DNA from: Asterionella formosa
Taxonomy: Eukaryota
Assembly (NCBI GenBank): GCA_002256025.1
Contig: NKIB01013989.1
Span: forward strand, 1-48,879
Length of the DNA: 48,879 bases
Reading direction: 5' to 3'
Below are positions 27,401-38,397 of this stretch, piece after piece. The notes beneath the pieces are model-generated. The model was not told the DNA's origin. It saw only the letters and a list, made by a program, of their open reading frames with translations, and searched no databases. Each line of letters opens with the position of its first letter. Position 1 is the stretch's first letter. The position numbers and the translations under genes were made by a program.

Positions 27401-28669
27401 ATCCAAAATTCGACTCAGAAGATCCTTTCCCACTTGTGGATCAGTTGTTGGCTGAGAGGACTTGGAATGAAAGATGATATCGACCAAATTCAACAACAAA
27501 CGAACAGCTGTAATTTGAATCGTCATTGGAAGCCTGAGGGAGGAATCATGTAAAACTCGGGAAAACATGTAAATGACCCGTGAGAGTTGCTTGACACTTA
27601 ACAACGAACGTACATGATGAACTAAATCTGCCAGTGTCGAGTAACCAAGAGGTTGTAGACTTTCACAAGAAAATCGATTCCCCATTAGAACTCTGTCGTC
27701 CAGAAGCTGATCCATGTACGTAAAGAACCCCTTACGAAACTCAGTAGCTAGAATATGCCGGGTCGCCACCAAGAGCTCTTTTCTAGTGGAAAGGGCTTCG
27801 CGGGGACATGTTTGCATTAATGCAACAACGTTGGAGGCAAGTCGATCTTCATAAACACGCATTTCTTGACCGAAACCGCGAAGGAGATAGGTCAAAAATG
27901 ACAATGTCTTGACTTGGGCGGCGACGAGCTCACGTTGGCGAGAATAGTAGTCGCGTCTATTTTTCTGTGTGGAGGATGGTTGCGGTGGACGGAGTCCTAA
28001 ACAGTCCATCATGAGGGAAATTAAAGACGGAATGTTGGCTTTCAGAAACTTCGGATACAGTTGAAAGAGTAGCATGACAGTAAGGGGACACTCAGTAAGT
28101 ACTCGAAAGCTATACAGCGAAGGAAGATTAGATGGGATGATTGATGTTGATGCTACCGACGACAGGGGGCTCTCATTTTGCTTCGATGGTGGAGCTGCTT
28201 CCGATGCGGATGAGAAGTTCCTTTCGATGCTCTGAGGTAAGGCCTTATACGATGCTTGAACAAAATCTAGATATGCCTGTACTTGCTCTTGCATTGATCG
28301 GAAATGTTTGTGCAAATCAAAAATGATTCGCGATGCCAAAAGTGCGTTTTCTTCAAAATCGCTTTGAAGCACCTCCATGGCAATCTGAAGTAACTGAGGC
28401 GCATGCTTCCGCAAGATTTCATTGTTGGGAAGTCTTGATAATATTTCGAGCACACATTTGCGCAGAGGATCATTAGGATTACATTTCGCTTGAAGCAGAG
28501 TTTTGAAGGCTGGAAGACCTTCACGGAGGAGGGCTGGATATTCCGTGGAATGGACTATTTCAATTCGCTCGCTGAGATCTCTTGCTGCCTTGAGAGCCTG
28601 TTCAGGATCTGGACCTAGAAGATCCTCCTTGACGGTCTCCCAGTTTATCTTGTTGGGCATATTTGCCAT
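15472..28669 (-). CDS. TRRAP: Transformation/transcription domain-associated protein (TRRAP/Tra1), PIKK-family pseudokinase scaffold of SAGA/NuA4; exons 28669-24390 and 24316-15472, ~4374 aa
   Basis: Tra1 N-terminal motifs SFRVLTECPL, AAQVKTLSFL, RKELLVATRHIL, IELCLTIPARLSSLLP and LGLRTLEFWIDNLNPEFL. FAT region motifs WRHRLPN and WIPQLL. The kinase-like C-terminus has VPFRLTRNL but lacks DRH/DFG (reads ERT..PDF); the FATC end is YQPWL. A 73-nt phase-2 intron GTAAGT...TTTCAAAG (24389-24317) joins the two ORFs in frame. Confidence 0.96.
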
Positions 28670-29094
28670 TGTTGGGGTTTGCCGCTAACAGACAAGAACG
28701 AGGCTAACTGTGCATGTACCGTGGGCGATTATCCTCATCCAACCACGGGGATTGAAGTCAATTGAAAAATACACAAAGTTATGAAAGAAAAAAATTGATT
28801 AAACGTCTTTTCAGGTCCAAACTACGCCCGCTCCTCTTACCGGTACCTTGGCTTTTTCGGTCGAGCGTAAGATAGCATCCGGAGCGAGTAGCAGGTACCA
28901 GGTACCAAGTACCGGGTACTATCGTATGTAGGGCGGGTGGGTTTGCAAAACGACAGATAGTAGCCGATTTTGGGTTTCGAAAATGTGTAAATAGTGCCTC
29001 AAATTTGGGGACTCCCCAAATTACGAACGCAATCAATCATGTCATAAATGATTGGGGAGCGAATCCCCAACTGATTTTGAAATACCACTGGTAC

Positions 29095-29189
29095 CTGGAA
29101 GCGCACATTTTATGCACACCTTTTCAGTTTCGACGCACTCCCACTTGATGGTCTCATGCCTGCTGGACTAGATAGACTGGCTTTTCATT
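29095..29189 (+). repeat. Left terminal inverted repeat of the 12.5-kb element
   Basis: ~75% identical to the reverse complement of 41491-41585. Confidence 0.8.
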
Positions 29190-29738
29190 CCAAACTCTCT
29201 TAAGTAAGTGGGCGCGTGACAAAATTATTATACCACAAATATTCCTTCGTAATTTGATGTATAATATCGTTGTTGTGCTCTGATATTCTTATAATTTTAG
29301 ATTACCTATCTGACATAAAATAAAAATTTGACGATAATTTTTACCAGTTAAATTTTCATAGCAATGCATCCTCCAATTTGTTATGCCTCCTCTTCTTATT
29401 CATTTTAAATATAATAATATTATTGATTTTGACTTGCATAATCTTGCCATCGTTGGTCACTGACAATGTTGCCTTTAATCGGATCAAATATGAATACAGC
29501 TTGCTTGTGCCGCTGGCAGATTGATTATGAAATGAAATCGAAATCGAAATCTTTGCCTTGTGTGATGAGAGAGTTGTCATGACAAAACAGCTTTTTCCGA
29601 GCTCCCCAAAGTGAATGAGCTAGTCATAGGCATAATTTTATTGTCCACATTTACATTTAGAAACGGTACTATTTTGACTGTTTCCCAACGCGTTGCAATC
29701 GAAATATGAAGGAGGGTTGTTCGATACGCTGCAAACGA

Positions 29739-29883
29739 TACTCCTGGGAATCCGTATATAGCCCATCCATATCCCCAGCTCACCACGCCGACAAGAATAT
29801 CGCTTGAAAAATCATTTCCGGAAAAAATCAGCGGCCCATCGCCCAGAGTCGCCTTGGCAGCTGTCTTTACCTTGACCAGTGGC
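29739..29883 (-). pseudogene. Trypsin-like serine protease (S1) fragment covering the catalytic Ser region
   Basis: The minus strand reads ATGQGKDSCQGDSG-(frameshift)-GPLIFSGNDFSSDILVGVVSWGYGWAIYGFPGV, matching the canonical GKDSCQGDSGGPL...GVVSWGYGCA...PGVY signature. Confidence 0.9.
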
Positions 29884-30489
29884 TGATTGATTATTCAAAT
29901 ACTTTGATTGATTATTCAAATATTTTGACATGTTGATGATAATTTTGATATATCAACGGCAGAGTATATATTAGTTACCAAATCTAATCGGTTAACCAAA
30001 ATTGTTGATAGATTGATCAAATGTTTTGTTATTTTGATGATATTTTTGATTTATCAATGACCGTGTCGGTGTGGTCAATCAAATTTGTTTGCAGATTTTT
30101 TTCTTACACACGTCAGGTTACGCATAGATAGAAGTCATATATATATTAGTTATCAAATTTAATATCCTAACCAAAATGCTTTGATATATTGATACGTTGT
30201 TTGATTGATAAATAGCTGTTGTTCTTTGATCAATTATTGTTTTAGCGAAGGTTATGACTTTACACAGATCACCTTACGTGTATGTAAACCTTGTACCCGA
30301 CGATGCTATCAGAATGAATTCTGTGCAACAACAGTGCGTTCCTTGTTGCCATTCCGATTTGAATGCTCTACCGGTACGGTACATGCTTTGATCCAATTCT
30401 TGTACCGGTAGTATTCCTCATTATCTCTCCATTCGCATATCAGATACGAATTTCTTACAAGCCATGTGCGTTTGTTGAACAATCCCTTA

Positions 30490-30910
30490 CGAGCTACCTT
30501 CTTGCGGGGATGACGATGATCTCAGTCTTATAACGAATGATATGGTCTCGATATTGATGGGGAATTATGCTGGCGAAGTTTGATTTGTTTGTTACTCGAA
30601 ATCAAAAGCTTTGGTCAATTTATACGACAGAATTGGAGAACGATGCATTGAAGGCCATACCCAATTCCAATTCCAACCAAAATCAAGAAGATAATACCTT
30701 TTGATCATAATTCGCCCATTGCGAACATCGATCCGTATTTTGAATCTGTTCTTCAAGATCAGATGTGGATCAAAGTGAAGATGGACCAGATGGCGGCGCA
30801 GTATGTTGCTCATGGCCTTAATCATGGGTCTTCCATTCTCATTGACTAGTTATTGGCGAGCACATTTGTATGCTGCAGAATTAGAGCCGCAACATCACGA
30901 ATCAGGAAGT
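30490..30910 (+). pseudogene. Possible Ulp1/C48-like protease remnant
   Basis: Frameshifted pieces GHTQFQFQPKSR/KIIPFDHNS, DQSEDGPDGGAVCC and LMALIMGLPFSLTSYWRAHLYAAEL follow the H...D...Q-x-DG-x-DCG...R order of Ulp1 domains. The similarity is weak. Confidence 0.3.
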
Positions 30911-32493
30911 AGCTTCATTTCATTCAGGAAATAGTAGCATCACATGAACCTTTAATAGCACGGGGTTCGAAATAACAATTGTAACTTTGCTTAATAACAT
31001 TGTACTTTCCCATTGTTTTCAGAAATCTCTTTATCGGCAACATCAGAGGCAATATATAGGACAGCCTAGCCCCATTGCCACACATATAGTTTCCACAAAG
31101 TGACCGCTTTATATAAATAGCTTATATATACGTAGTGTAGCTTGTCCTACACATATGTTCTCGCCACTCCGAAGAAGTGTAAAATATTTATGAGGGTACC
31201 AGAACCATGATTATTCAATCAATAGCTGATTCCAATTTTGTACATCAACAATGGTTGTCGAAATGAGTCCAATGATGTTGAAAAACTTCTCTGTTATTGG
31301 GGCGTTTCAAATGATCCCTGTGGTATTTTTACTAATATTGTTGTTGCTGGTATTGATACAGAAGAAAAGAGGAACAAGCTTCTGTGCACCACTATGGCTA
31401 CATTTGAGAAGCATCGCCAAAATTGGGAACTTTTTTTCCTGACAAGCCGATGGAATTAGTCATACCTGTCATTCCAAATAAAGATCACCGACGTTGTGTA
31501 TTCTCCATTTATGCATTGACACAGGCGAGTGAAAACGAAATAGTTGATGCCAGTTCATCTTCTCCCAATACCATTCCAAGAAGTAAAGATCATGTTGCTT
31601 GTATGCCCATGGTAGATCTTGTTTCTACTTCCTCATAGCGTCTAATGATTGAGTCTATCAAATCTGATAGACTTGATATAAAATCGCCCCCTGCCTTCCA
31701 AAGCAAAAGCAAAATGTAAATTGAAATTGAAGGCAATTCCAGCAGACATGGTTGCCAATCCGGAAGAAGCAGTCCATGACTTGTCACCAAAGAGTTCCGA
31801 AATTGTAGGAGTGATTGGGAAAGTAAATAGAAAAAAACAGGTCAAGGAGGAAAGTGATTTGTCCCATTTATCTAGTAAGGAGTTGGAAATATTGAAACAG
31901 GACATAGTCGCCAGTCTGTATGTAGTTCATGGGTGCATTTGGTGGCATATTGTTGTCTTTCTGATTTAGTCTAAAATCTCGAAGAAAGTGAGTTTTCCAT
32001 AAAATCATCGCTGGTCCTATATGATTCCGAAATTTCCTTGAAGTTTCAAATGATGTTTTGTTAAACAAGCCAGATTCTAGGACCACATAGAATTTGTTGA
32101 GAACAAAATCCAGGACACTGTCATATAGTCTCTTCTCCTTGCCTTTGTCATCATGATCAAAGTATCTAACCAGTAAGAGTCGTTCCTTACTCTTCCGTTG
32201 TCTCTTGAACAGACATGAAATACGCCATAGCAACACGTTTTTCCTGATTGAAAAATCTGCGATCGGTATCCCCTTCACAACCAAGATCGTTCCATTCCTT
32301 GTAGCACTCGGAACATTTGCCATTCCAGATAACAAGTGATATATTGCACTGTCAATTTGTCAAGAAAAACGTGACTGTAACAGAACAAGAAAGCAGAAAG
32401 GGATAATGGTCTGTCAACTATAGGATTAGACAGTGGGCGAGTGCTGGATCGGAAGCGATGCAGCACCGACATACTCAGTAATAGACATTGGAT

Positions 32494-33015
32494 TGGTAGC
32501 GCAAAGCTACAGTTTCATAGTACCAGCTTAGTAATCATAGGTACAGTTTCACTGTAGCCACGTCATGTTCCGACCGGGTATTGAGACAAGGGGAAGAAGG
32601 GAATGCTGGTAGAGCTAATCTACAGTTTGTTCACAGTACCTGGTACCAGCGTAGTAATAGGTACAGTTTCACAGTAGGCTCGTCATGTTCCGACCAGGTA
32701 TTGAGACAAGGGGAAGAAGGGAATGCTGGTAGAGCAAATCTACAGTTTCACAGTACCAGCGTAGTAATATGTACAGTTTCACTGTAGCCACGTCATGTTC
32801 CGACCGGGTATTGAGACAAGGGGAAGAAGGGAATGCTGGTAGGGCAAACCTACAGTTTCACAGTACTAGCGTAGTAATACGTACATTTTCACTGTAGCCA
32901 CGTCATGTTCCGACCGGGTATTGAGACAAGGGGAAGAAGGGAATGCTGGTAGGGCAAACCTACAGTTTCACAGTACCAAGGTAGTAATAGGTACAGTTTC
33001 ACAGTACCGGGTATT
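32494..33015 (+). repeat. Tandem array of ~110-120-bp units (~4.7 copies)
   Basis: TTGAGACAAGGGGAAGAAGGGAATGCTGGTAG at 32581, 32701, 32811 and 32921. TGGTAGNGC(A/T)AA at 32494, 32607, 32727, 32837 and 32947. Confidence 0.95.
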
Positions 33016-33647
33016 CGAAATTCCTGTTAATTCTTGTATATTTTATCTAATCATTCATACTGGTAGGGTATTAAATGTTCCTTCGAAAAAGTTACTAGAC
33101 ATACAGACACTTTTTGAAGAAGAGGAAATGTTGAGATATTGTTGAAAAATTCATGCCGGTGATGCATTCTATTCCACATAACAAACTGATAAGGGAATGG
33201 TGATAGAGAGCCTTCCACCGGTATCAAACCAACCGGTTATATGATTGTTTTGCTTCTCAACTGTGGCTACCAAGGGGCTTATGATCGGTACCGTGTGAGA
33301 CCGGAAGCAAACTATAAAATTGTATCGCTGTTCGTGTGCACTGCTACCACTCAAAGATTCTACACTTCCTCAGGACGAATGATAAAAATCAACCTAATGA
33401 CGAGGTAAGAAACCGCACTTAATATCTTTGTGCACGGCCAAGGCTGCAGAGGGTTTGTAGTGTCTGTGTCCATTTATTTGGATTTCGACATTAAGAACAT
33501 CTTTCCATTCCATGATATATGCAGATGTGAGGAGGGTTAACAACGCTACCTGTCACCCATCAATCAACAGTGAGAGCATAGGTAAGTTACTACACTCTCC
33601 TTTGATGCTCGTTTTGTCGATTGGAACGTGAAGTGCGTTATATAGAT

Positions 33648-34020
33648 TGTTTATGTCATCAGTTCGTGGCACATGTGTGGCCGCTGGAGATGCTTTAATC
33701 GTTGCAACACTTTTGCTAACATTGATATTATCTCCTCAAAATCATACAGGAACCTTGGAGAATGTGGCTTGCTACCATTCTTAATGGAAGCAACAATCAA
33801 CCATGAGAGCACAGGTACATTATATGCACATTGCCTGCTCATACAGAAATTGGAGTGATGGATTGTTCATGTGATCGTTTCGTGGCACATATCTACGTTT
33901 AGATGCCTTGCTTACTTGATGCAACAGTTTTGCTAACATTGTTGCTATTATCTCTTACAGGAAAGTCGTACAAGAACATTGGAGAATGTGACTTGTTGCC
34001 ATTCGCAATGGTAGAGGTTC
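33648..34020 (+). repeat. Diverged tandem duplication (~215-bp period)
   Basis: TTCGTGGCACAT...TGCAACA.TTTTGCTAACATTG...TATTATCTC...TTGGAGAATGTG.CTTG...CCATTC occurs at ~33663-33790 and ~33879-34010. Confidence 0.75.
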
Positions 34021-34099
34021 GAATAAAGCATCATCAATTTCAGGTAAATGATGTATTGGTATACATCAGACTTACTATGGATGTATTGTTACTAAAAGG

Positions 34100-35260
34100 A
34101 TGTCACTTAAACCTATTTTTGCATTTCCCAAAAAGGCTAGAAAACAACCAACCATATCTGTGAGTTGCAACTCCGTAGGCATATCGGATGTGAATGCAGA
34201 TTGGTTTGCTAACCGATGCATCTCCCGATTATTTCAACTAAATCCGCAGTTAGGCAAAGAAGCAGAGAGTGATCCTGAACTTTCAAATTACATATGGAAT
34301 GGATGTGATCCACAACTTCCGGATAATTATAGAATGGAACGTACAAACAAGCACATTTAGAATATATCAACTCTACATTCGGAGGTATTTGAATTAATAA
34401 AAATGCGAGAACAACAAAATAAATTCAACAATCATTTAAAATCGATTTTAAGTAAGTCAATTGTGATGTTTTTTTCTACAGTCAAAACATTTATTTCTTC
34501 TACTTCAATGTTCTAACCATTTTCTTGTCTTAGTTGGTGTTACAGAAGATTACTTCAACAGGCTTGGTCCGTCGGAGTTTATTGGTTGGGCATGCAAGTT
34601 GTATGCGTTTGCTCAAGCAAGTTTCATTGATAGAGCAAGCAATTCCTATCACCTACTATGCATTGATGTTCTTGCTCGAGTTCATTTTCTAGGTAAGGTC
34701 AGTTGTGGCGACCCCTATCTTATAGGAGAGAAAGTTGAAGAAATTAAATTCCTTCTAAGTGATCGAGCTAAATGTGTATTACAATCAAGGTTTGTTGGTT
34801 CGGTTATTAATGCTTCGACAGAAGCATTTTTTTTCTTGTATTAAAAGGGAAATTCCGATTACAACCTGGATGGATTAATTATAATCTTTCCTCTTATCTT
34901 CCTCAAGACCAATTACCTCGTTACTGGCAGTGGGCTGTTGAAATCGGTGGAAAACCACTTTTCAAGAAAAGTACAAGAGAGCAAAGTTCAGTGTCGTCAG
35001 GAGGTCTCACTGATCAATGGACTGATGTCTTATTGGAATATAATCAACAATTGTTTGGCGATATTGCACAGGATAATCGATCTTTGCAAGCAATGAACCG
35101 TAGCGGATTGGACAGTAAAGCACCTACAAATCATTTTCCAAACACATATTTTTAAATCCCAGAAGAGCAATTAAAGAAATATGGTGAAGATCAACTTCCA
35201 GAAGATGATGTTGCTGGAGTAGCATCAATTTACGACATTGTGGAAATCGTCAGATCATGA
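34100..35260 (+). pseudogene. Intron-containing gene of unknown function inside the transposon, convergent with the transposase
   Basis: The frame from 34100 (one TAG at 34358) runs to a phase-1 intron GTAAGT...TTCTAAC...TTTTCTTGTCTTAG (34452-34533). Splicing joins it in frame to IGVTEDYFNRLGPSEFIGWACKLYAFAQ. After a poly-T frameshift near 34830 it reads LVLKGKFRLQPGWINY...PRYWQWAVEIGGKPLF..., with another internal TAA near 35153, to TGA at 35260. Confidence 0.7.
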
Positions 35261-35287
35261 CTGTTAATATTAATATAAATCATTGAT

Positions 35288-38199
35288 TTAATATATATTT
35301 ACAGCTAGAAACTGGCGTGTAGGTAGGGAAACATAGTAATTATCTTTTTCTAATTGCTCCAATACCTCAGTGGTCTTCACTGGTTTCCTAGATTGAATAG
35401 AACCTTCTTGCGGTTTTAAGGCAGCCACAACAAACGCATCAGACAGAATGTTGTTAAACTCAACCACACTCAGTTCAGTTGTATCGTTGCATATCATCTC
35501 TCTCTGAGGACCAACCAGTGTCTTTGTAACAGACATGAACCTATTTATTCTTTCTTTCAGAGGTATCACACAAATTTCAGTATATTGGGGAATGAATAAA
35601 GTGTCGTTGATGGAAATGCCTAACCATAATAACAATGTGAAGTCTTTTTCAAGGTCGGTGTTCTCAGGACCCAACATTCCTCCCATTGAGAAAATTATTA
35701 GCACACATAAACCAGGGATTTCTTGGCCAGACATCTTGGATAATGCGGTCAATCCTGATCGATACGATAGTATTGGTATATTACAATCACTTTGCCTCTC
35801 CAGGTGGCTATTAATGTATCTAGCATTTTTTTCAAATTGAAGTTTTGCAAACACATTTCCTGTTCTAGAACATGTGTGGTTGTAACTTTTGACAGTGCTG
35901 GTACTTTTGAAAATTGGTTCGTATGTCAGTACTTGTTATGGTGGCATTCGTTCTTTTGGCCCGTTTTCTCGAACTTGGTTGGTCAGGATAAGTCAGGTCT
36001 ACTGGAGGTAAACCTGTTTCGTTCGCCTCAGAGTACCTGTTTGGTACTTCTTGACAAATTCTTTTCTTAAAAAATGATTCCCAATCTTTAGGAATAGTTA
36101 GATAATTATATAACGAATCCAAAATGTACTTCAATAGGCAAAGTGACAGTTGATGGAGCACCTCGAAGGGTGTTGCTCCAAATATTCCTTCGGGATCACC
36201 GCCAAAGTAATGCGTCATCAATGCCGGGATGATTGGATTATGAGAGATGACACGGCACCACTCATTTCGTGTTGCGAACTTACTATTAGTCTGAGTCACA
36301 CCAAAACATGTTGGTATAGATGGTAATTTGACATCTGGATAGGTTTCTTTATCCAAATGTTTGTTTTGCAATCAAATTTTAAAGTACATTACTACAGCTA
36401 GAAATTGCGCTCGTGCCAGGGTTGACACTTGACACTGCTTCATCATCATACTGGTTTCTTACGATCCCTTGGACGTCTTCCATGCCCACGAGCCCATACC
36501 GGTGCAAGACGGACGCTCCCCGCGACGTTTGGCATAGTCCTGGATTGATCGTTATTCCAAGCATTGAAAGCAAGATCCACAGTTTCCACCCACAAGCGCT
36601 TCTGCTGTAAAGTATGTCGTTTAATTCTCACCTCCATTGAAGCAGGAAAAATGATTTATCGATTTCTCTAACCCTTTGTGGATCAAATCTGTATCTAACC
36701 TTTATTTGTGAATCCACCTCTTCCATCAGTTTCCTTAATTGTTCCTGCTCTGTCTTTCCATATAGATCCTCATTGCGTGTAATCCATCTCTTGATGGCCA
36801 TATCCCATAAACTTGAAATAACCCTAGCGCTGGATATGTTTCTTTATCCAAATATTGCTTCAGAAATTTATATGCATCGGCAACTTCTCGCAGTTCACAT
36901 TCTATATCCGGATTGTCAGCATCTTCTGTACATACGGAGCAATCTCGGCAAAAATGTTGTCGATATAATCCATTATCTCCATGGAAACCGCAAATTTTAT
37001 TATGTTCCTCTATATCTCCAACTACCATTCCAATTTGGAAATAAACTTTTGTATACCCCAGACCAAGCACCCAATTATCATAGAATTTGTTTGGATCTTG
37101 AAAAGGTTCTATTAAAAATGCGGTTCCAACATTAAGTTTAAGATTGTTAGTAAGAATGGATGTTCTGAGTTCTTCATTTGTTTATCAATAGGTGAACCGT
37201 CGCTAAATACAGTCAATGCCATTAACAAATGCCCAGGCTTTAAAACTCCGTTTTCCGTAGCTTCAGAATTGTTGAATGCATTTTCAAACCAAGTGGCAGA
37301 AGTAACTTCGTCATATATTTGTTTTCCACAGTTTGAAAGCTTTCTTTTTTGATGATATACAAAATGTTCCATGATTTCAGGATCACGTAACAACGATGCC
37401 ATGAGTTGTCCTGGTTCAAAGTAATGTAATGTCTGTGGAATAGAGAGTATTCCATTATTCTCAAGAAGAATTTCTTTTTTCAACAGTTCACCACCTGTTA
37501 ACCTTGGCGGAAATGAATCATCCATCTTTTTCAAAGTTTGATAGGAAGGAGCTTGATTCTTTCCATGACAATATTTCATTCTCCGTGCTTTGAATAACCA
37601 TTTCATAAGATGATCGAAGTACATTGGTGGTAAATAGTTCTCGTTCAGGAATAATATGAGTTCTAAATCGATTGGATGCATATTTAGCAAATTGTTTTGG
37701 GAAGTTGAAATTGACCAGGTAGAGGAATTTTCATAGATTTCTTGGGAATGAACCCACTTCGATCTTTGTACTCAGGAAAATGCATAGTATCATTATCTAA
37801 CCCATTAATTTCTGTCAATTATATTTCTTCATCACCTTGCCCTGATATATTTGAAGTCACTGAGATACTTTCATCATAGAATTGAAATAACAAATCCTGG
37901 TCATCTAATTGTGAAGCAGATTCTTCCGTATGCAAAGTATCAGAAATAAGAACGTTGGGAAATGAGGAAGAGACACCTGACTTTCCTGTTTCATTTAAGT
38001 CGCTTGATAGTTTACCGCCGCAATACATAGTTTCATTGAAAATTCCATAAATGCGGTGTTCTTCCAAGCAGTGATGGCACAAACCAAAATCGTAAAATTG
38101 TCGATTGTTGCAGTTTCGATTGTGAAAGTCAGAGGAAGATTTGTTCTTCCGAAATTTATAGTTGCATACCGAGCACCAGTGAAAGGTTCGTAATGACAT
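35288..38199 (-). pseudogene. Plavaka-type (CMC/CACTA-related) DDE transposase, disrupted
   Basis: Colinear fragments: N-terminal CxxC/H zinc-finger-like segment; SLLRDPE...IYDEVTSATWF...LTVFSDGSPIDKQMKNSEHPFLLTILNL; MVVGDIEEHNKICG...CRDC; GIFGATPFEVLHQLSLCLLKY; RQSDCNIPILSYRSGLTALSKMSGQE. These follow the conserved order of Plavaka transposase motifs. The gene is broken by stops, frameshifts and an insertion. Confidence 0.82.
36359..36829 (-). mobile_element. 5'-truncated non-LTR (LINE) retrotransposon insertion, 471 bp, with 24-bp TSD
   Basis: Flanked by CTGGATA(G/T)GTTTCTTTATCCAAAT at 36335-36358 and 36830-36853 (1 mismatch). The insert reads ARVISSLWDMAIKRWITRNEDLYGK...QQKRLWVETVDLAF, the LW-x6-W-x2-RN motif of LINE ORF2 C-termini, then a stop and a short tail ending CAAAACAAAC. 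Confidence 0.82.
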
Positions 38200-38397
38200 T
38201 GTTTGGGCAAAAAGTCAAAATAGAGAGGAGGGATCGATTTGTGGGCAGCGGTATGGATAAGAGGATCAACGAAATGTCCAAGTATCGCTTTTTCGTCATA
38301 AAATACCGAATACCGGTATATACGTGTATATTCAATAATGCGTCATGCAGTACATCGTAGTACAAAGCACTGAAATCTTATTATGCAACATTCATCT

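Noticed and set aside
15472..28669. Two separate genes or a frameshifted TRRAP pseudogene
   Set aside because: A 73-nt GT-AG intron (24389-24317) joins the two ORFs in frame.
32494..33015. CRISPR-like array
   Set aside because: The units are nearly identical along their whole length with no unique spacers, there are no cas genes, and the context is eukaryotic.
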